Assembly (NCBI GenBank): GCA_964016885.1
Contig: OZ024742.1
Coordinates: forward strand, 146,382,001 to 146,446,000
Direction: 5' to 3'
Source: Eledone cirrhosa
Lineage: Eukaryota
Length of the DNA stretch: 64,000 nucleotides
The notes below the pieces were generated by a model. That model was not told where the DNA came from and made no database searches. It saw nothing but the letters and a program-made list of their open reading frames with translations. The translations under genes and the position numbers were made by a program. Position 1 is the first letter of the stretch, and each line of letters opens with the position of its first letter. Below are positions 13,931-28,212 of the stretch, one piece after another.

Positions 13931-15839
13931 CTGTGAATGGATAGAGTTTTCAGATGGAAAGACAGTATATACAAAAAGAAATTACAAGTAGGGAGAAAGA
14001 AGATGGGATAGAGAGAGGAGCAATTGGGAGTGACTTCTTGCAAAGGGAGAGAAAGGTAAAGAAATGTAAAAAGAAAAATACTACAAAGAAAGGGGAAGAA
14101 AGGAAGGAAAAGAAAAAAGGAAAAAGAAAATGGAAAAGAATAAGGGAAAGAAAACAGGAGGAACAACAAGACAATGTTGGCCTTAATAAAGAATATATTA
14201 ATCTCTACTATTGTATTGAGTATTTATTCTTGTGACTGTCATTACTGTGTGTGTATACATAAATGTATTTCTGAAGATGAGTGTTCCAGTGGATTCAATT
14301 AATGAAAGAGCCTGAACGTGAAATTAACGTGTTGGTCCCTGAACATTCCACAGATGTGCACCCTTAATGTAGATCTCAAGGAGATTCAGTGTGACACAAT
14401 CTGTTACAAGGCTGGCCCCCAGTCTAGGAATCAAATTCATGACCATATGATTGTGAGATGAACACGTAACATAGTACCCATAAAAAACGATGGGTTCATA
14501 GTAAAAAAGTATTAATTTAATAATTACTTGATGGCAACATTCTATGTAAAGATGCTTAATTTTTATATTTTTCTTGACCTTCTCTTCTTGTCACTTCTGC
14601 TAACATACTATTTCACTTTATATTCTTTTAAATAAATTACAATAATTTTCTTGTATTCTTTTTAATCCTTATCAAATATGCATACCTGCATGATCCCAGA
14701 ATGCCTGCGGGAGTTGTAGTGACAACGTATTGACATAGGGCATTTCTAAGGAATTTTAAAACCTGATGGAACCTAATCCTCTCCAGGTCTGAATGCAGAT
14801 TTCTTCCAAAGAAGGAAAAAGAATGAGAGAATGGAAGTGATAAAGAGATATAGAAGAAGAATCAACCCCAGTACTTGACTGGTACTTTTTTTTTTATTAA
14901 TCTCAAATAAATGAAAGGCAAAGCTGACCTCAGCAGGATTTGAACTCAGAGAGCTGGAGCGAATACTGCAAAGCATGCTATCTGAAGTTTCAATGATTCT
15001 GTTAATTTGCTGCCTAATTTATCAAACATATATCCATCAAATAACAATGATTTTGTTCTCTTTATCTATCTATCTTCAAACTGCTATTGGGATTTGGGCT
15101 TTGTTGTTATTGTTCCCTTTGTCGGAAAGTAAATACATTGGTAAGTGCACATTAATAGATAACTGTAGACTGACGACACTCAAATATACAGAGAAGTAAG
15201 TAGATAAGGAGAAATATTGATAGATAGATAAACATATGGACAGACAGATAGACAAATAGGTAGGCAGATAGTTGGATAAACATGCAAACAGAAGGATGGA
15301 CAGTCTGATGGATGGACTGATAGATGGACAAACAGACAAATAGATGTTATTTATATTGTCTGAAGATTGACATATATAGATAGGTAACTATAAATAGCTG
15401 CTACTTATCCAATGAATATTTTGTCAACACTGTTGCCATTGAGAGTTGTTAGGAGGCGATATTAAATTTCCATTTCTCTGCTAAACTTAACACAAAGTAG
15501 TTGCCTATGACACTTGTACTTTCTTATAAAATATATATCCTGACTATAAAACAATATATTAAACACAGGGAATGATTAGAGACTTATGTAATTCAGTAGT
15601 ATGGAGGTTTTGTATCAAAGTTTTAAAATTGAATGATTTTATTTGATGATAAATAAATAAATATATGTGAAGAATGAGAAACTGGGGATCAGAGGTGATA
15701 GTGATAGAAATACTTTGAAAGGTTGTCTTATTTTGGTGACCTAAACAGTTTCCCCTCCCATTATCAGATTTTGCACTATACATTTTGAATTACAATTAAT
15801 TATTTTGAGAACACTTACCCCTATAAGCTAGATGGACTT

Positions 15840-16288
15840 TACCCAGCACTATAACTTTTGTAAGAGTATCATCCAAGATTCAAAGGTTTACAAGCTTGCT
15901 CACCTCCCAAACTGCAGCTGATCCTTTTGGTCCCTTGTCAAAAGGATCTCTACCGGCTTTGTGGAATCCTCTTTCCTTCCACTACTCATCTCATTGTTTT
16001 GTAATGAGTATGCACGCAGAAAAACCTCCATATACACTGTCCATCTGGCATCCATCTCTACACTGCACACACACACTGAGCAAATTTATTCCAAAACTAA
16101 CCCTTTCCCCTACAGCAGGCTCCCCATCACACATGAAAAAGGTGCTCCTCTCCCAAAAGTATCCAAACCACCTTCACTCATTTCAGACTAACAAAGCTAT
16201 TGGCTATTATTATGTCCCTTTAATTAGCCTCAAATAATGACCCCCAAAATTAGTTCCTATCTTTGCCAACCTTTTTAATCTACACCCT

Positions 16289-16369
<81 letters not shown>

Positions 16370-18310
16370 GGTATCCTGATTTTTGGAAAGACACTATAAG
16401 TGTATCCATTTTCCAAGAAAGGTGACCCTCCCCTCTGACCCTACTATTTATGGTCCTACTGCACTCACTTCCAACATCTCAAAGGTGATAAAGACAATCA
16501 ATACAACCACATTCTTCAACAATTTAAATCCCTCTTTTTCCTTAATGACGTAAAGCTTTCTTTCATAGAGACCTACTCTCTTATGTACCTTATCAATAAG
16601 ACTTCACCTTCAAGAAATTTGAAAACAATGTTGTTGCTCTTGACAGCAGCAAATTTGACTGTTTGGCATGTGAATTTCCTAGCGAACTGCCTACTTATGG
16701 CCTACCTATATATATTTAAACCAATGGTTTGAATACAAACACACACGTTTACAGCTTCCATTTGTAAACAACCATACCACATCACAGCCATGCTGGTGTC
16801 GACAATGTTGCCTATGCCATTACATTTTGTACCAGTCAGACATAGACTTCTAGTCACATGGGAGAAGATAGTTGACTTACTGTCATTGTCATCGAATGTT
16901 GTCAGATATGATTGTGGAGGCTAGGTACAAGGTGTATTTAAACTGCTTTGTAGTGAGGTATGAATACAATTGCCATGATATCTACCAGAAAAACTGAATA
17001 CTGCTAATTTTTACATCTGTTGGTTGTGTCTACTGACTGTCATTCATTGTTCCAATCCGTGATATGACAGAAATATAAAAACATGAAACCTTACATTACA
17101 GTTTCAATCTGTTTCTTATCTCTTGGATTAGAAAAAAATTTCCAGATCTTTATGACATGTACCAATGGAGTTAGTTCTAACTGTAGCAGAGCTAAGGAGC
17201 AATAGAACAACCCACCTCAAGTGACACTTTTATGAGGGCAAAATTTTTTTAGTCTGTTCTATAAGCCTGTATAGGCTGAATTGAAATAAATAGGTAGGCA
17301 GAAAACTCAAGAGCTGTTCCTGGAGACACACTCTAGCTACACCACTCAACACTAACTTATACTTTGTCAAATCTTGAGTATCCCAAGCTTCTATTTATAT
17401 TTTCCACACTCTTCTATACATCAATAACATACTTGCAATCACCTGCTCCTATGCAAATGTTATCACCCTCCACTCCTTAAAATTCCCAATCCAAGTGTCA
17501 ACCACTTTCAACCAAGACATTTTACACCAAATCTACAACTAAGAACAAAAACAATGAAAAGAGATCTTCCAATGGGATCATGTTAATGTCTAATTCAACA
17601 TTGCAAAACTACACTCACTTCACATATCAATAAAACATTATTCCACCATCACCGCCACTACCACTAAACCCAAACAGCATTCAACTATAACTTTCATGAA
17701 CATTTCAAATGCTAGGCTGAAAATGCATCACGAAAAATCTCTTCTAAGGAGCACATCCTCAACATAACAAAAGACAGAATCTCAAACATTGGCCTTCCTC
17801 TTAAGGATCAGAAAATACTTCATCCTCACTATGCTTTTAATAAATCTCTACAAAGCTCAGGTGAGATCCATTATTAAGTAGTTCACTTAATTTGGGACAC
17901 CGCTGTTGCTACTACACATATATTCTTGGTCTTATCTAGAAAATGGCTATCTGACGACTGGCATAAAGTCATATCTAAGACACATTCCTGCCTCTAGCCT
18001 CTGGCCCATAGATGCTCTGTCTTCTCTCTTTATACATTTCCTATCATAACTACATGGCCTTTACACCTTAGACTTGGTTGCTCTTATATCACCATTACTC
18101 AGGGCTTTCCAAACCACATCTGTCTACCTCTCAACAATCAAATTATGTCCATCCACCTAAGTTTCACATTAACCACAATGTATAATCCTTCTTCCTCATA
18201 ATGTTGGTTCACTGAAATTCCCTTCCTGCCCAACCTTTACAAGCAGCTGCCAACATGCAATTATTCAAGAAAGAAGTTAAAAACATAGATCTCACTCATT
18301 ATAAGGGCCT
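15840..18310 (+). mobile_element. Highly decayed CR1/L2/Jockey-type LINE ORF2, interrupted by (CT)n and other insertions
   Basis: Broken frames give KKGDP..DP..IYGPTALTSNISKV (16410-16490), PTLF/YIN...SYAN (17400-17470) and LYKAQVR (17846). Confidence 0.65.
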
Positions 18311-19566
18311 GCAAAGTTCATTTTTTTCTAGAGGAAATCAATTTAAAAAAAACCTGTTTGTGCAGACATTTTTTCTGATCTTCTACAGGGGTGTTAAAAG
18401 AAATACTAATGATACCATCATCATTATCATTGACATCTCTTGCTGGTGAGAATTTCATACCATTTTATTTATCTAAGTGTTCTGAGATGACTGTATATAG
18501 CTATTTTTGACCCTATATATGTGTGTGTGTGTGTATATATATAACTATAATAAACCCAATAGATGTCTATATATATCTACATTGACTCAATAGATTACTC
18601 TATACTGCTATATTTAACCCAATAGGTGACTCTGTAAGACAATGTTTGACATAATAAACAGTCTATATATGACTGTATTGACACAAAAGATGACTGTATA
18701 TGGCTATTTTTGTTCCATTAGATGATTGACTGTTCATTACTATTTTTGACCTCATATATTGGTTGTATAAGTCTATATTTGACCTCATAAATTGCTGTAT
18801 ATGATTATATTTGGCCAAATAGAATGACTGTATTTGATGATGTTTTTACTTAATGGAACTCTGGCAATGATGATATAAGAATCTACTGATTGAACTAATT
18901 AAAGATCTCCAAAACATCTTGGTTTTGTGCCAAAAGAACAGATCAATAGTTATTTAAAGAATTTTGATAGAAATAAATATAAATTTAATGTCTGTTTTCC
19001 CTACTCACAATTGTTGAACAGGTACTATTGTAAATACCAAATTCTATATTCTATTTTGCAATCCAGATGGTGAATTGGTTAAAAAGTTAGAGCATTCAAA
19101 GAAACACAAGGTGATATTTATTCCAGATCCTTATATTCTGAGTTCAAATCTTATCGAGGACAACTTTCACTTTCATCCTTCTAGGGTCAATAAATGAAGT
19201 ATCAGTCAAGGATGGTGGATTAGTGGAGCCAGCAGAGTACTGGATATCATGCATTGTGATATTTGTTCTAGCTTTTCATTTTCTTAATTCAATTGGTTTG
19301 TATCACCAATCTGGGCCTTGGGTGTCTTTGGTGGAGTCCATTCTATTACAAGTATTCAGGCCAGATCTCCAGTTTGAGGATAAGTTCCTCCTTCCATTTC
19401 CTCAGTTTGCAGAATCCTGAAGAGGCTCCTGACTAGGCAATAAAAGAAAACAACAAAAAGACAGTAAGGAATCTGTGTTTATATCCTCTATATAATATAC
19501 TCTACTGGATTCATTAGATATACACTGAAAAGCTGAGATGGTATGGCCATTTAACAAGATCTAGAG

Positions 19567-19849
19567 CAGGCATGGGCAACCTTTTTCGAGAAGTGGGCCA
19601 CATGAGATATGGTTCATCATCAGGCGGGCTGCAAGTGCTAATTCATGCCCACATTAAAAAAAGGGGCGGTAACTCAGGTTGTTTGATTTGTTTCTTCAGA
19701 ATTCGTGCATGTTGTTTTCCTCGATTGTAAAATTGATAGAAAGATAAATTACAACTGAAAAGTTGGGGTAAAAAATCAGAAAGATTTCACTTAGGTGACT
19801 TAGGTGATCCATTCAAAAAGTTTTGCGGGCTACAGGTTGCTCATGACTG
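19567..19849. mobile_element. hAT-type MITE with 8-bp TSD
   Basis: TIRs caggcatgggcaacc / ggttgctcatgactg; TSD atctagag at 19559-19566 and 19850-19857. Confidence 0.85.
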
Positions 19850-20430
19850 ATCTAGAGAGTGACCTTGCAAAAACCATTCTAAATTAAAGTGTGGAAGGTG
19901 AAAAATGGAGATGTGGACATGGGAATAGATAGAAGGAGAACATCAAACCGTGTACATCAAACAAATCCTTAGCAGAGACTGAGGTATCGCATGCAACCAC
20001 AACAAATGGAAATAACTGGTATATAGCATATCTCAATGGTGTCCCTATGATTCCATCATGAGTTGAGGTCCCAAGCAAGTTGAGGTCCCAAGCAAGCAAA
20101 CATACTGAAGATGTTAGCTTCATGCTGGATCAAAGCCATAAATATTACTTTGAAAAGATTTTTTGGGGTAATCCTTCCTCTTCTTTCATAATTTTGTAAA
20201 CCATTTTGATATTAACAGGCCTCAAATTAGCCATGATTCAAAACTGCATATCTTAAAGTATATATTTGAATATATATTTTAGAATAATGTATATTTAATC
20301 ATATATTAAATATTTCAAATATATAATTAAATATATATTTAAATATAATATATATTTATATAATATATATATCTAACTATCTATCTATATATATAAAATA
20401 TAACCTTCCATCATTATTTTATGTAAGAGA

Positions 20431-20615
20431 TTGGTGGATTGGCAGTATCGGTAGAGGGTCGGACGCCATGCTTTGATGCATTGAGTTACGACCCTTGCCA
20501 TTCTGAGTTCAAATCCCGCCGAAGTTAACTTTGCCTTTCATCCTTACAGGGTCGATAAAATAAAGTACCAGTAATACACTGGGTAATTGCTGGCCTTGTG
20601 CCAAAAGTAGAAACA
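20431..20615 (+). mobile_element. SINE family A with 18-bp TSD
   Basis: TSD attattttatgtaagaga at 20413-20430 and 20616-20633. Confidence 0.9.
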
Positions 20616-21064
20616 ATTATTTTATGTAAGAGACTATGAAATGCTGCAAACACCAACTTAATAACAGTGAAATTAGTCTATTTTACTTAATTCCTCCAAA
20701 TTCTTTATTATTTTCAAAATGGGTTAAATCACATAGAATTTATTCAATTTGAAATATGATAAGAAAAGAGTTAATTATATAGAAATTTATGAAAATGATA
20801 ATAATGATTTCTAGTAATGGACAGATTTAATGTACCTATTTATCAGAGCTGTGAAATAAATTTGAATTTCACATAAATATTATTATTTCAAATTTTAAAG
20901 GAAAAGAAAAAAAAAACATAATAAACAATTAGGAGTTTGCTTTGGTAAAATTGAAATATGTAAAAAAAAAACACATCTAACTTTTACTGAGGCAGAAAGA
21001 ATAATTATTTTGTTAAAAATATTCAAGAAGGTTACATAGATACATTAAGACATTGTCTTATTTC

Positions 21065-21099
<35 letters not shown>

Positions 21100-21154
21100 T
21101 GTATGTATGTATGTATGTATGTATGTATGTATGTATGTATGTATGTATGTATGC

Positions 21155-21565
21155 TGGGAGAGATGACCCCTTAGCCTTTGTCAAGGCAGAATTCTAGGAG
21201 AAGGAAAATTCTGATATAACACCTGCAACCCTGATGGTATCCAATGATGTTGACTTGTTCTTCTTTTTGGTAAATATTGTCTTGGTTAAGAGAGTGGGAC
21301 TGGCTTTGTGCAGTACCTTTGCTCACTATAAAAGCTTCACGGCACAGGCATTGCTTTATATCTGGAGATCTCTCTGCACTTGTCATCACATGGTACCATG
21401 GGCCCAGCACTATGTGTCAATAATTGTCACAAGTGTAGTGTTTGTACCAGAGTTTTCAAGTCGCTGGCTGGACTAAAAAGTCACACTCGTTCAGCACATC
21501 AGTAGGGGTTCTCCTACATGGATATAAAGTAGTGGCCGTACTCGAAAATGAGTTGGCAGCCACCA
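21155..21565 (+). mobile_element. LINE 3' end (RTE-like) with C-terminal C2H2 zinc finger
   Basis: [22 protein letters not shown]; nearly identical copy at 53886-54121; related decayed copy at 21640-21880. Confidence 0.7.
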
Positions 21566-22208
21566 TGTATGTATGTATGTGTGTATGTATGCATGTGTGT
21601 GTGTGTGTGCATGTATGTATGTTCATTTGCATCCAATGATGTAGACCATTTCTTCTTTTTGCGTGAATGCATTTGATGTTCAGAGAGTGGGATTAGCCCC
21701 ATGTAAAGTCTTGTCTCATTAAAAAAAGCTTCAAGCACAGGATTGATTGATATGTGACATTTTTTCGATGCATGTTATTATTGGTTATAGGCAAGTCCCT
21801 AGCAGGACTAAAACGCCATGTCCGTGATGCTCGTGCTTAAGTATCAAGCAATGGCATTACTCGAAATCGAGTTGCAGCCATGATGTATGTATGTATGTAT
21901 GTATGTATTATATTCTCTTCATGTATTATATGCTCATTCAGTTAACGATTGAACATTCCATGTACATTTTTATATAAAACAACATCTTCAGTAAAAGTGT
22001 TGTGTTTGTGTGAGTTTTATGTGATTAGGCAAGTTAACAGCACTCAATATAATAAATACAGAATGAAATAATATTTTTTTTTTCTACAATTAGAGAATCC
22101 TAGAAAAACCATGTTACTAACTGTGACATTGTAAAATAAAGATTCTATGATTATAATATGCATTCGTGCATACACACACACATATGTATATATATGTGTG
22201 TATATCTA

Positions 22209-22326
<118 letters not shown>

Positions 22327-22548
22327 TATGATAATGATGATATATATGTATGTGTGTGTGTATGTGTATATATGTATGTGTGTGTGTTAAATATATATGG
22401 CTCTAAGTCAAAAAGCCTGATTTATTGATCTTTATCTTTGGATGATATCTAGGTTAGATTACATGAGTCGCATTTCCCATTTCCTAAAAATACCTATATA
22501 TATACATGTGTGTGTGTGTATGTGTGTGCATGTGCCTGTGTGTATATG

Positions 22549-22584
<36 letters not shown>

Positions 22585-23174
22585 ATGTATATACTGTATA
22601 TGCACATGTCAAAGTCAAATCTTTTAGGCTATTTCAAAGGATTATATTTAGAGGTTTGATTGTTACACAGATAATACAAAGGGCTGAAATTTACACTACA
22701 ATCCAAAATACAGAAAATATGCAGAAGCCCAAATGGGATTTAAATTATGCATCACTGTTATAACTGTCATGTTTCTAATGACCAAACATACTTTGTACTA
22801 TTAAAACACATAAATATGGTGATGTAGCATCTATAAATATTGCCACTTTCTCTTTCGAATTATTATACACTTCAAATTAGCTGAAGACAAATTGAACCTG
22901 TCCATGATTATATTTTTTATGAAATACACTCAATTAATTAACATATACTTTTCAAGGATTTGCAAAAATTATTAATTATTTAATTTCTAAAATAATTACT
23001 TAATATATGGTTCTTATATAAAATCATTTGGAAAGATTTTCATTCAGATAGAAACACTTTAAAATAGGTAGATTTGTTTCATAGAACCAAGGACATTTTC
23101 AGATGGTTTGATAGCAAAAGGGTTACAGTATATATTTTCTAAAATAATTATCAGAAATAAAAATTGTCATACAG

Positions 23175-23303
23175 CAGACATGGGCAACCATTTACAAACA
23201 GTGGGCTGCATTACTAAAAAATTGAAGCAATTTTGAAATTAGCCATGCCATTCAGAAAGCCAAATGGGCTGCATGCAACTTGTGGGCAAGTTTCTCATGA
23301 CTG
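23175..23303. mobile_element. hAT-type MITE with 8-bp TSD
   Basis: TIRs cagacatgggcaac / gtttctcatgactg; TSD tcatacag at 23167-23174 and 23304-23311. Confidence 0.75.
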
Positions 23304-24316
23304 TCATACAGTTTCACTGATTACCATAGCAGAGAGAAATCACCATCAGCTGCATGTCCAATAGAATTCTGCATGAAAACTGGAAGGAATCAAATTCTGT
23401 TAAGCTATAGAACAAAAGCAATATGTTATTGAAAAGAAGAGATGATCAGTTGTATTTTATTAAAAGATTACTGTGCTTACAATTGCAAACCACACACAGG
23501 CATGTACCATTATATATATGTATATATACATGTTCTTATATACATCATGAAACTGCAGGAGCTCAGTCGTCGAGCCATGACTCTTTCTAATATAGTTGAT
23601 CTCTACTATCCCAAGTATCGAGTACTCTGTTGAGTAATAGTCAAACTAGTTTTAAATTGGTTCTATTCTGATACATGTGTGTGTGTGCATGTGTGTGTAT
23701 ATATATATATTTTGAACACCCTGTAAGACGAAAAACAAAACCTGTTATTCGCTGAGGGCTCCTTCAACCTCCATATCGTTCTTCTCCAGGCTGGCCTATG
23801 TATATACATATATATATATATATATGTTCTTTTAATGGGGTTGTGTATGCAACAATCCAATCAGTAAATAATGATGCAATTAGATTCAAGCACTCAACAA
23901 TGTGTATCCTTTTAAATTTGATTTGGTAGTCTATAATGGAGTATACATATGATCATTTTATTTGCAAAGGTTAGATGTAGAAATTCATTACTAATTTTAT
24001 TCAGAATCCGGCATAGTACATCATTTTGTGGCATTGATGGTTATGAAGTGCAATCATCCCACAGCCACCAACATGACATAATCAGACATCATATTATGTA
24101 ATAAGGTTATGTAATATTTCCATTCCAATAAAGGGAAAAGTTGATAGATGTTGGTTCATTCACAGCATTTTTTAGTAACACTTGTTTGGAGGTGTCGAAG
24201 TAAGCTGTTGATTAAACATAAATATTCTTATATATTGCTTATTTTAAGATTTACTTCTTTAAAAAATTTCAAACGCCAATACTTACAGTTAGCATCCATT
24301 ATATCTTAACACTTAG

Positions 24317-24502
24317 GGCAGTGGATTGGCAGTATCAGTAGAGGGTCGGATGCCATGCTTTGATGTATAGAGTTACGGCCCTTGCCATTCTGAGTTCAAA
24401 TCCCGCCGAGGTTAACTTTGCCTTTCATCTTTACGGGGTCGATAAAATAAAGTACCAGTAATGCTCTGGTTAATTGCTGGCCTTGTGCCAAAAGTAGAAA
24501 CA
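24317..24502 (+). mobile_element. SINE family A with 19-bp TSD
   Basis: TSD attatatcttaacacttag at 24298-24316 and 24503-24521. Confidence 0.9.
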
Positions 24503-25192
24503 ATTATATCTTAACACTTAGCTGTACGCTATATCACATCACTTATATAAATGTAGATATAAACGTTCTGTCGCTAATTTTCTCCTTTTTTGTTTTCATA
24601 ACATTTTGCCGTAATACAGTTTATATATAATATCGTCTTTTTTTAAAATATATTATCGCCTTTTTTTAAATGTATCATGGATTACTTTACTTACAGAAGA
24701 GAGTGTAACACAGTCTCTCTACAATTTCTGTGCATATTGTCAATTATGATTTTATTTGATGTATCATATCTACATGCATCTATATTTGCATATAATATCA
24801 ATATGCACACTACACATGCTAATTATATATAAGTATATATATATATACATATCTGTGTGTGTATATATATATATAAGCCAGAATCAGTTCCCGCCCCACC
24901 CTTGCAAGCAGGGAAAAGCGGACGTAAAATGATGATGATAAGGGAAATATGAATAAATAAATAAATAAATAAATAAATATATACACAAGTACAATAACAA
25001 CAAACACATATGAACAAAGATAGAATACAAAAACAAAAACACATACACTCAAACGCGTACACACACACTAAACATTATACAGACGCGCAAACGCATGCAC
25101 AGAGACAGAGACAAGAAGAAATAAGTAAATAAATAAATAAATTAAATAAAATGGCGTAGACATTACAATAGAATAGGAGAAAACATAATAGT

Positions 25193-25234
25193 ACCACTGA
25201 TGATGTTGCAGATGTGCAACGAAAGAACTTTGAT
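25193..25234 (+). ncRNA. Minimal type I hammerhead ribozyme, partly degenerate
   Basis: acca CTGATGA t gttgca-gatg-tgcaac GAAA gaac TT tgat: perfect 6-bp stem II, one mismatch in stem I. Confidence 0.55.
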
Positions 25235-25830
25235 AGACTATATATATATATTTATATCTGTATTTTTAACCGCTGGTCAATCAATGATAAACATTGATTG
25301 CCAAATAAATTAACTATAGAGATATAAAAGATACAGAAGTGAAAACCAACCAAACAGTGAGTGTGTTCTGTTACTATTTCTGGCAATATTATAACAATAT
25401 GACCCTCCCCAAGTATAACAATATATATATGTATGTGTGTATAAAATTTATTTTTCTCTATTTTCCTATGTGAATATATTACTGAGATGCCAGTATGTTC
25501 TGAGAATGTCAGACAGAACTGTTCTAAATCTTGAAACAGTGCTGTCTGACATTCTTAGAACATACTGGTGACTTTGTGATATATTCACAGAGGAAAATAG
25601 AGAAAAATGAATTCTTATTCGTTTCTCTTCATTACAAAAACAATATTTTTCTTTGATAGCATGACTAACCATATGTTTATTCTATATAAATATATTATAT
25701 ATGTATTGGAATTTCGTATTTCAGAAGAAATATAGTATGTTTATAATAAACATTTAGAGAGCCGTAGCTATGCCAAAACACCAGTGACTAACGCCATCTG
25801 GCAATGGCCAGCAGAAGCCAAGGGGACAAT

Positions 25831-25872
25831 CATGGATCTGCATTTCGAATTGAACTGGTTCCCATCAGCATG
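25831..25872 (-). ncRNA. Minimal type I hammerhead ribozyme (A9G variant)
   Basis: Minus strand: catg CTGATGG gaa-ccagttcaa-ttc GAAA t-gcag-a TC catg. Confidence 0.6.
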
Positions 25873-26215
25873 CAACTGTTGGACTTTGAAAATAGGTGAG
25901 AATATATGGTTTTCTCATCTGTGTAAATGAGGTAATTAATCTCATTTGCATGTGAAGTTGTATAAGTTGGCTAAACTTATAATAGAATAGAATTTCAATT
26001 TAGATTTATCATAAACATACCATATTTCTTCTCAAATACGAAATTCCAATACATATCTGTATACAACTATGCCTGAAGCTAAATCCTTATTCTATTCTAT
26101 TATAAGTTTAGCCAACTTATACAACTTCATATGCAAATGAGATTAATTACCTCATTTACACAGACAAGAAAATCTCGCCTGTTTTTAAAGTCCAGCAGTT
26201 GCAAGAGCGGGAGGG

Positions 26216-26261
26216 ATCGTACTGATGGGAACCAGTTCAGTTTGAAATGTGCATCCACGAT
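26216..26261 (+). ncRNA. Minimal type I hammerhead ribozyme (A9G variant)
   Basis: atcgta CTGATGG gaac-cagttca-gttt GAAA t-gtgc-a TC cacgat. Confidence 0.6.
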
Positions 26262-27032
26262 TGTCCCCCTTGTTTCTGCTGGACACCGCCAGATGGCATT
26301 AGTTGCTGGTGTTTTAGCATAGCTACGGCTCTCTAAATGTTTATTATAAACATAGCGTATTTCTTCTGAAATACAGAATTCCAATACATATCTGTATACA
26401 ACTATGCCTGAAGCTAAATTGTAATTCTATTATATTATATATGTTTTCGTATACACCTCCATTATGCTTAAACATCCTGTTAGTGCTACTGCTAACTAAA
26501 TATGTATGTGAGTGTGTATATATATATATATATATATATATGGAGGGGGAGGTGTGTGTATAAATGTCTTCTCTTCTCTTAGAATATCTTTTTGGAGAAA
26601 TTACCTAGAATTTTACCCCCATTTCTCTATCATATGCCTCCAGCCCTAAAATGGTGCACTCTCACACATTCTATCACAAACAAAATATACACCACTCCAA
26701 CACATACACAGAGACAACAAATATGAATACAACAAAACACACACTTACATGATGCACATCATCCTCACACATATAGCAATACCATTGATAGAAATGGGCG
26801 CTCTGCCACAACATAAACACCTCCAATTCTCATGCTAAACTACAACAGATATTTGTATTTACCTGTACAATTAAGCCCTCCTGATAAACCCTACCCTCTT
26901 TTTTTTTCAGCCTTCCAAATTCCTCTCCTAGCTTCACTCTTATCTCGTGAAGGACCTACATCCAATATATTGAAACCATATATAGTTTGATTCTCCTTTT
27001 ATCTCCTTTTAATAAAAACTACATATATGTAG

Positions 27033-27812
27033 GTGTGTAGGAAAGGCGTAGGTAGAAACTCCATTTTATGTCCTAAATGCAAAGTATGGGTGCATAAAAG
27101 ATGTAGTGGGATCACAGGTAAGCTAACTAAGAACATAGATTTTACATGTGGCCGGTGTTCTGGTGCAATAAGTAGCAGCAAGTGCCCACTAAATACTAGC
27201 TCTTTCAATTGCGCAGAGGGTTCTATAGAAATAGTGGACAGCTTCCGTTACCTGGGCGATAAAATCAGCAGTGGGGGAGGGTGCTCTGAAAGTACTGTAG
27301 CTAGAGTCAGAACTGGTTGGAAAAAGTTCAGAGAGCTTATACCACTATTAGCTGCTAAAGGGTTCTCCCTAAAAATGAAAGGCAGGTTGTACGATGCCTG
27401 CATACGAACAGCAATGCTGCATGGCAGTGAGACCTGGGCATTGTGTGCAGAGGATATACGCAGACTAGAGAGGAACGAAGCTTGCATGCTCCGCTGGATG
27501 TGTAACAGTAATATACGTGAACGGCAAAGCATAAACGAACTAAGGAAAAAATTAGAGATAAGAGGGATCAGATGTTGTTTACTCGAGAGAAGGCTACGTT
27601 GGTATGGACACGTGATGCGCATGAAAGTCAATAGCTGTATAACAAAGTGCAGGGCAATAAAGATAGACGGTAGTCACGGAATAGGCAGACCTAGAAAAAC
27701 CTGGGACGAGCTGATAAACTCCGACATCACACACTTACACCTCTCCAAGACAATGTCACTGGACCGAGACCTTTGGCGGTACTCAGTAACAGAGAAGACC
27801 CGCCTTACCTAA
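27033..27812 (+). mobile_element. RTE-clade LINE, 5'-truncated ORF with an open 259-aa C-terminal frame
   Basis: Cys-rich CxxCxxWVHxxC motif, FRYLG, KGRLYDACIRTAMLHGSETW, RRLRWYGHV, GRPRKTW. Confidence 0.92.
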
Positions 27813-27949
27813 ATATATAGTAAAACCTACTCCAACCAGTAGGCATCTCTAACAAAATACACCCCGTCCCACCACCACCACCCCCACCCCATCCACACCA
27901 CCCCGTTCTATGTAAAGTTATGTTGGTGCCGCGCCATAGGCCGAAACAA

Positions 27950-28212
27950 ATGAGATCGTGTAGGTGTCACGACAAAAAAACACACAGTCCACGCTGTAAT
28001 GTGGCCGTGTAGGCAACATGGTAAAAACCTCCCAGACCCACACTGTAAATGTGGTTGGTGTTAGGAAGGGCATCCAACTGTAGAAAACCTGCCAGACAGC
28101 CCTATGCGAGCAAGACAATCACTCTTGCCTCAAGTGGGACTACCCCCGCCCAAACCCATGCAAGCGTGGAACACGGACGTTAAACGTTGATGATGATGAT
28201 GATGATGATGAT
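27950..28212 (+). mobile_element. RTE-associated 3' UTR or SINE tail ending in (GAT)n
   Basis: actgtaaatgtggttggtgttaggaagggcatcc...aacccatgcaagcgtggaacacggacgttaaacg(ATG)n; similar at 63290-63720. Confidence 0.7.

Larger units (their letters stand above)
25700..26430. mobile_element. Non-coding HHR-containing repeat, 335-bp monomer: inverted copy (25700-26003) plus ~1.25 tandem copies (26004-26430)
   Basis: tatttcttct..aattccaatacatatctgtatacaactatgcctgaagctaaat at 26023 and 26358; 25700-26003 is the reverse complement of ~26080-26392. Confidence 0.85.
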
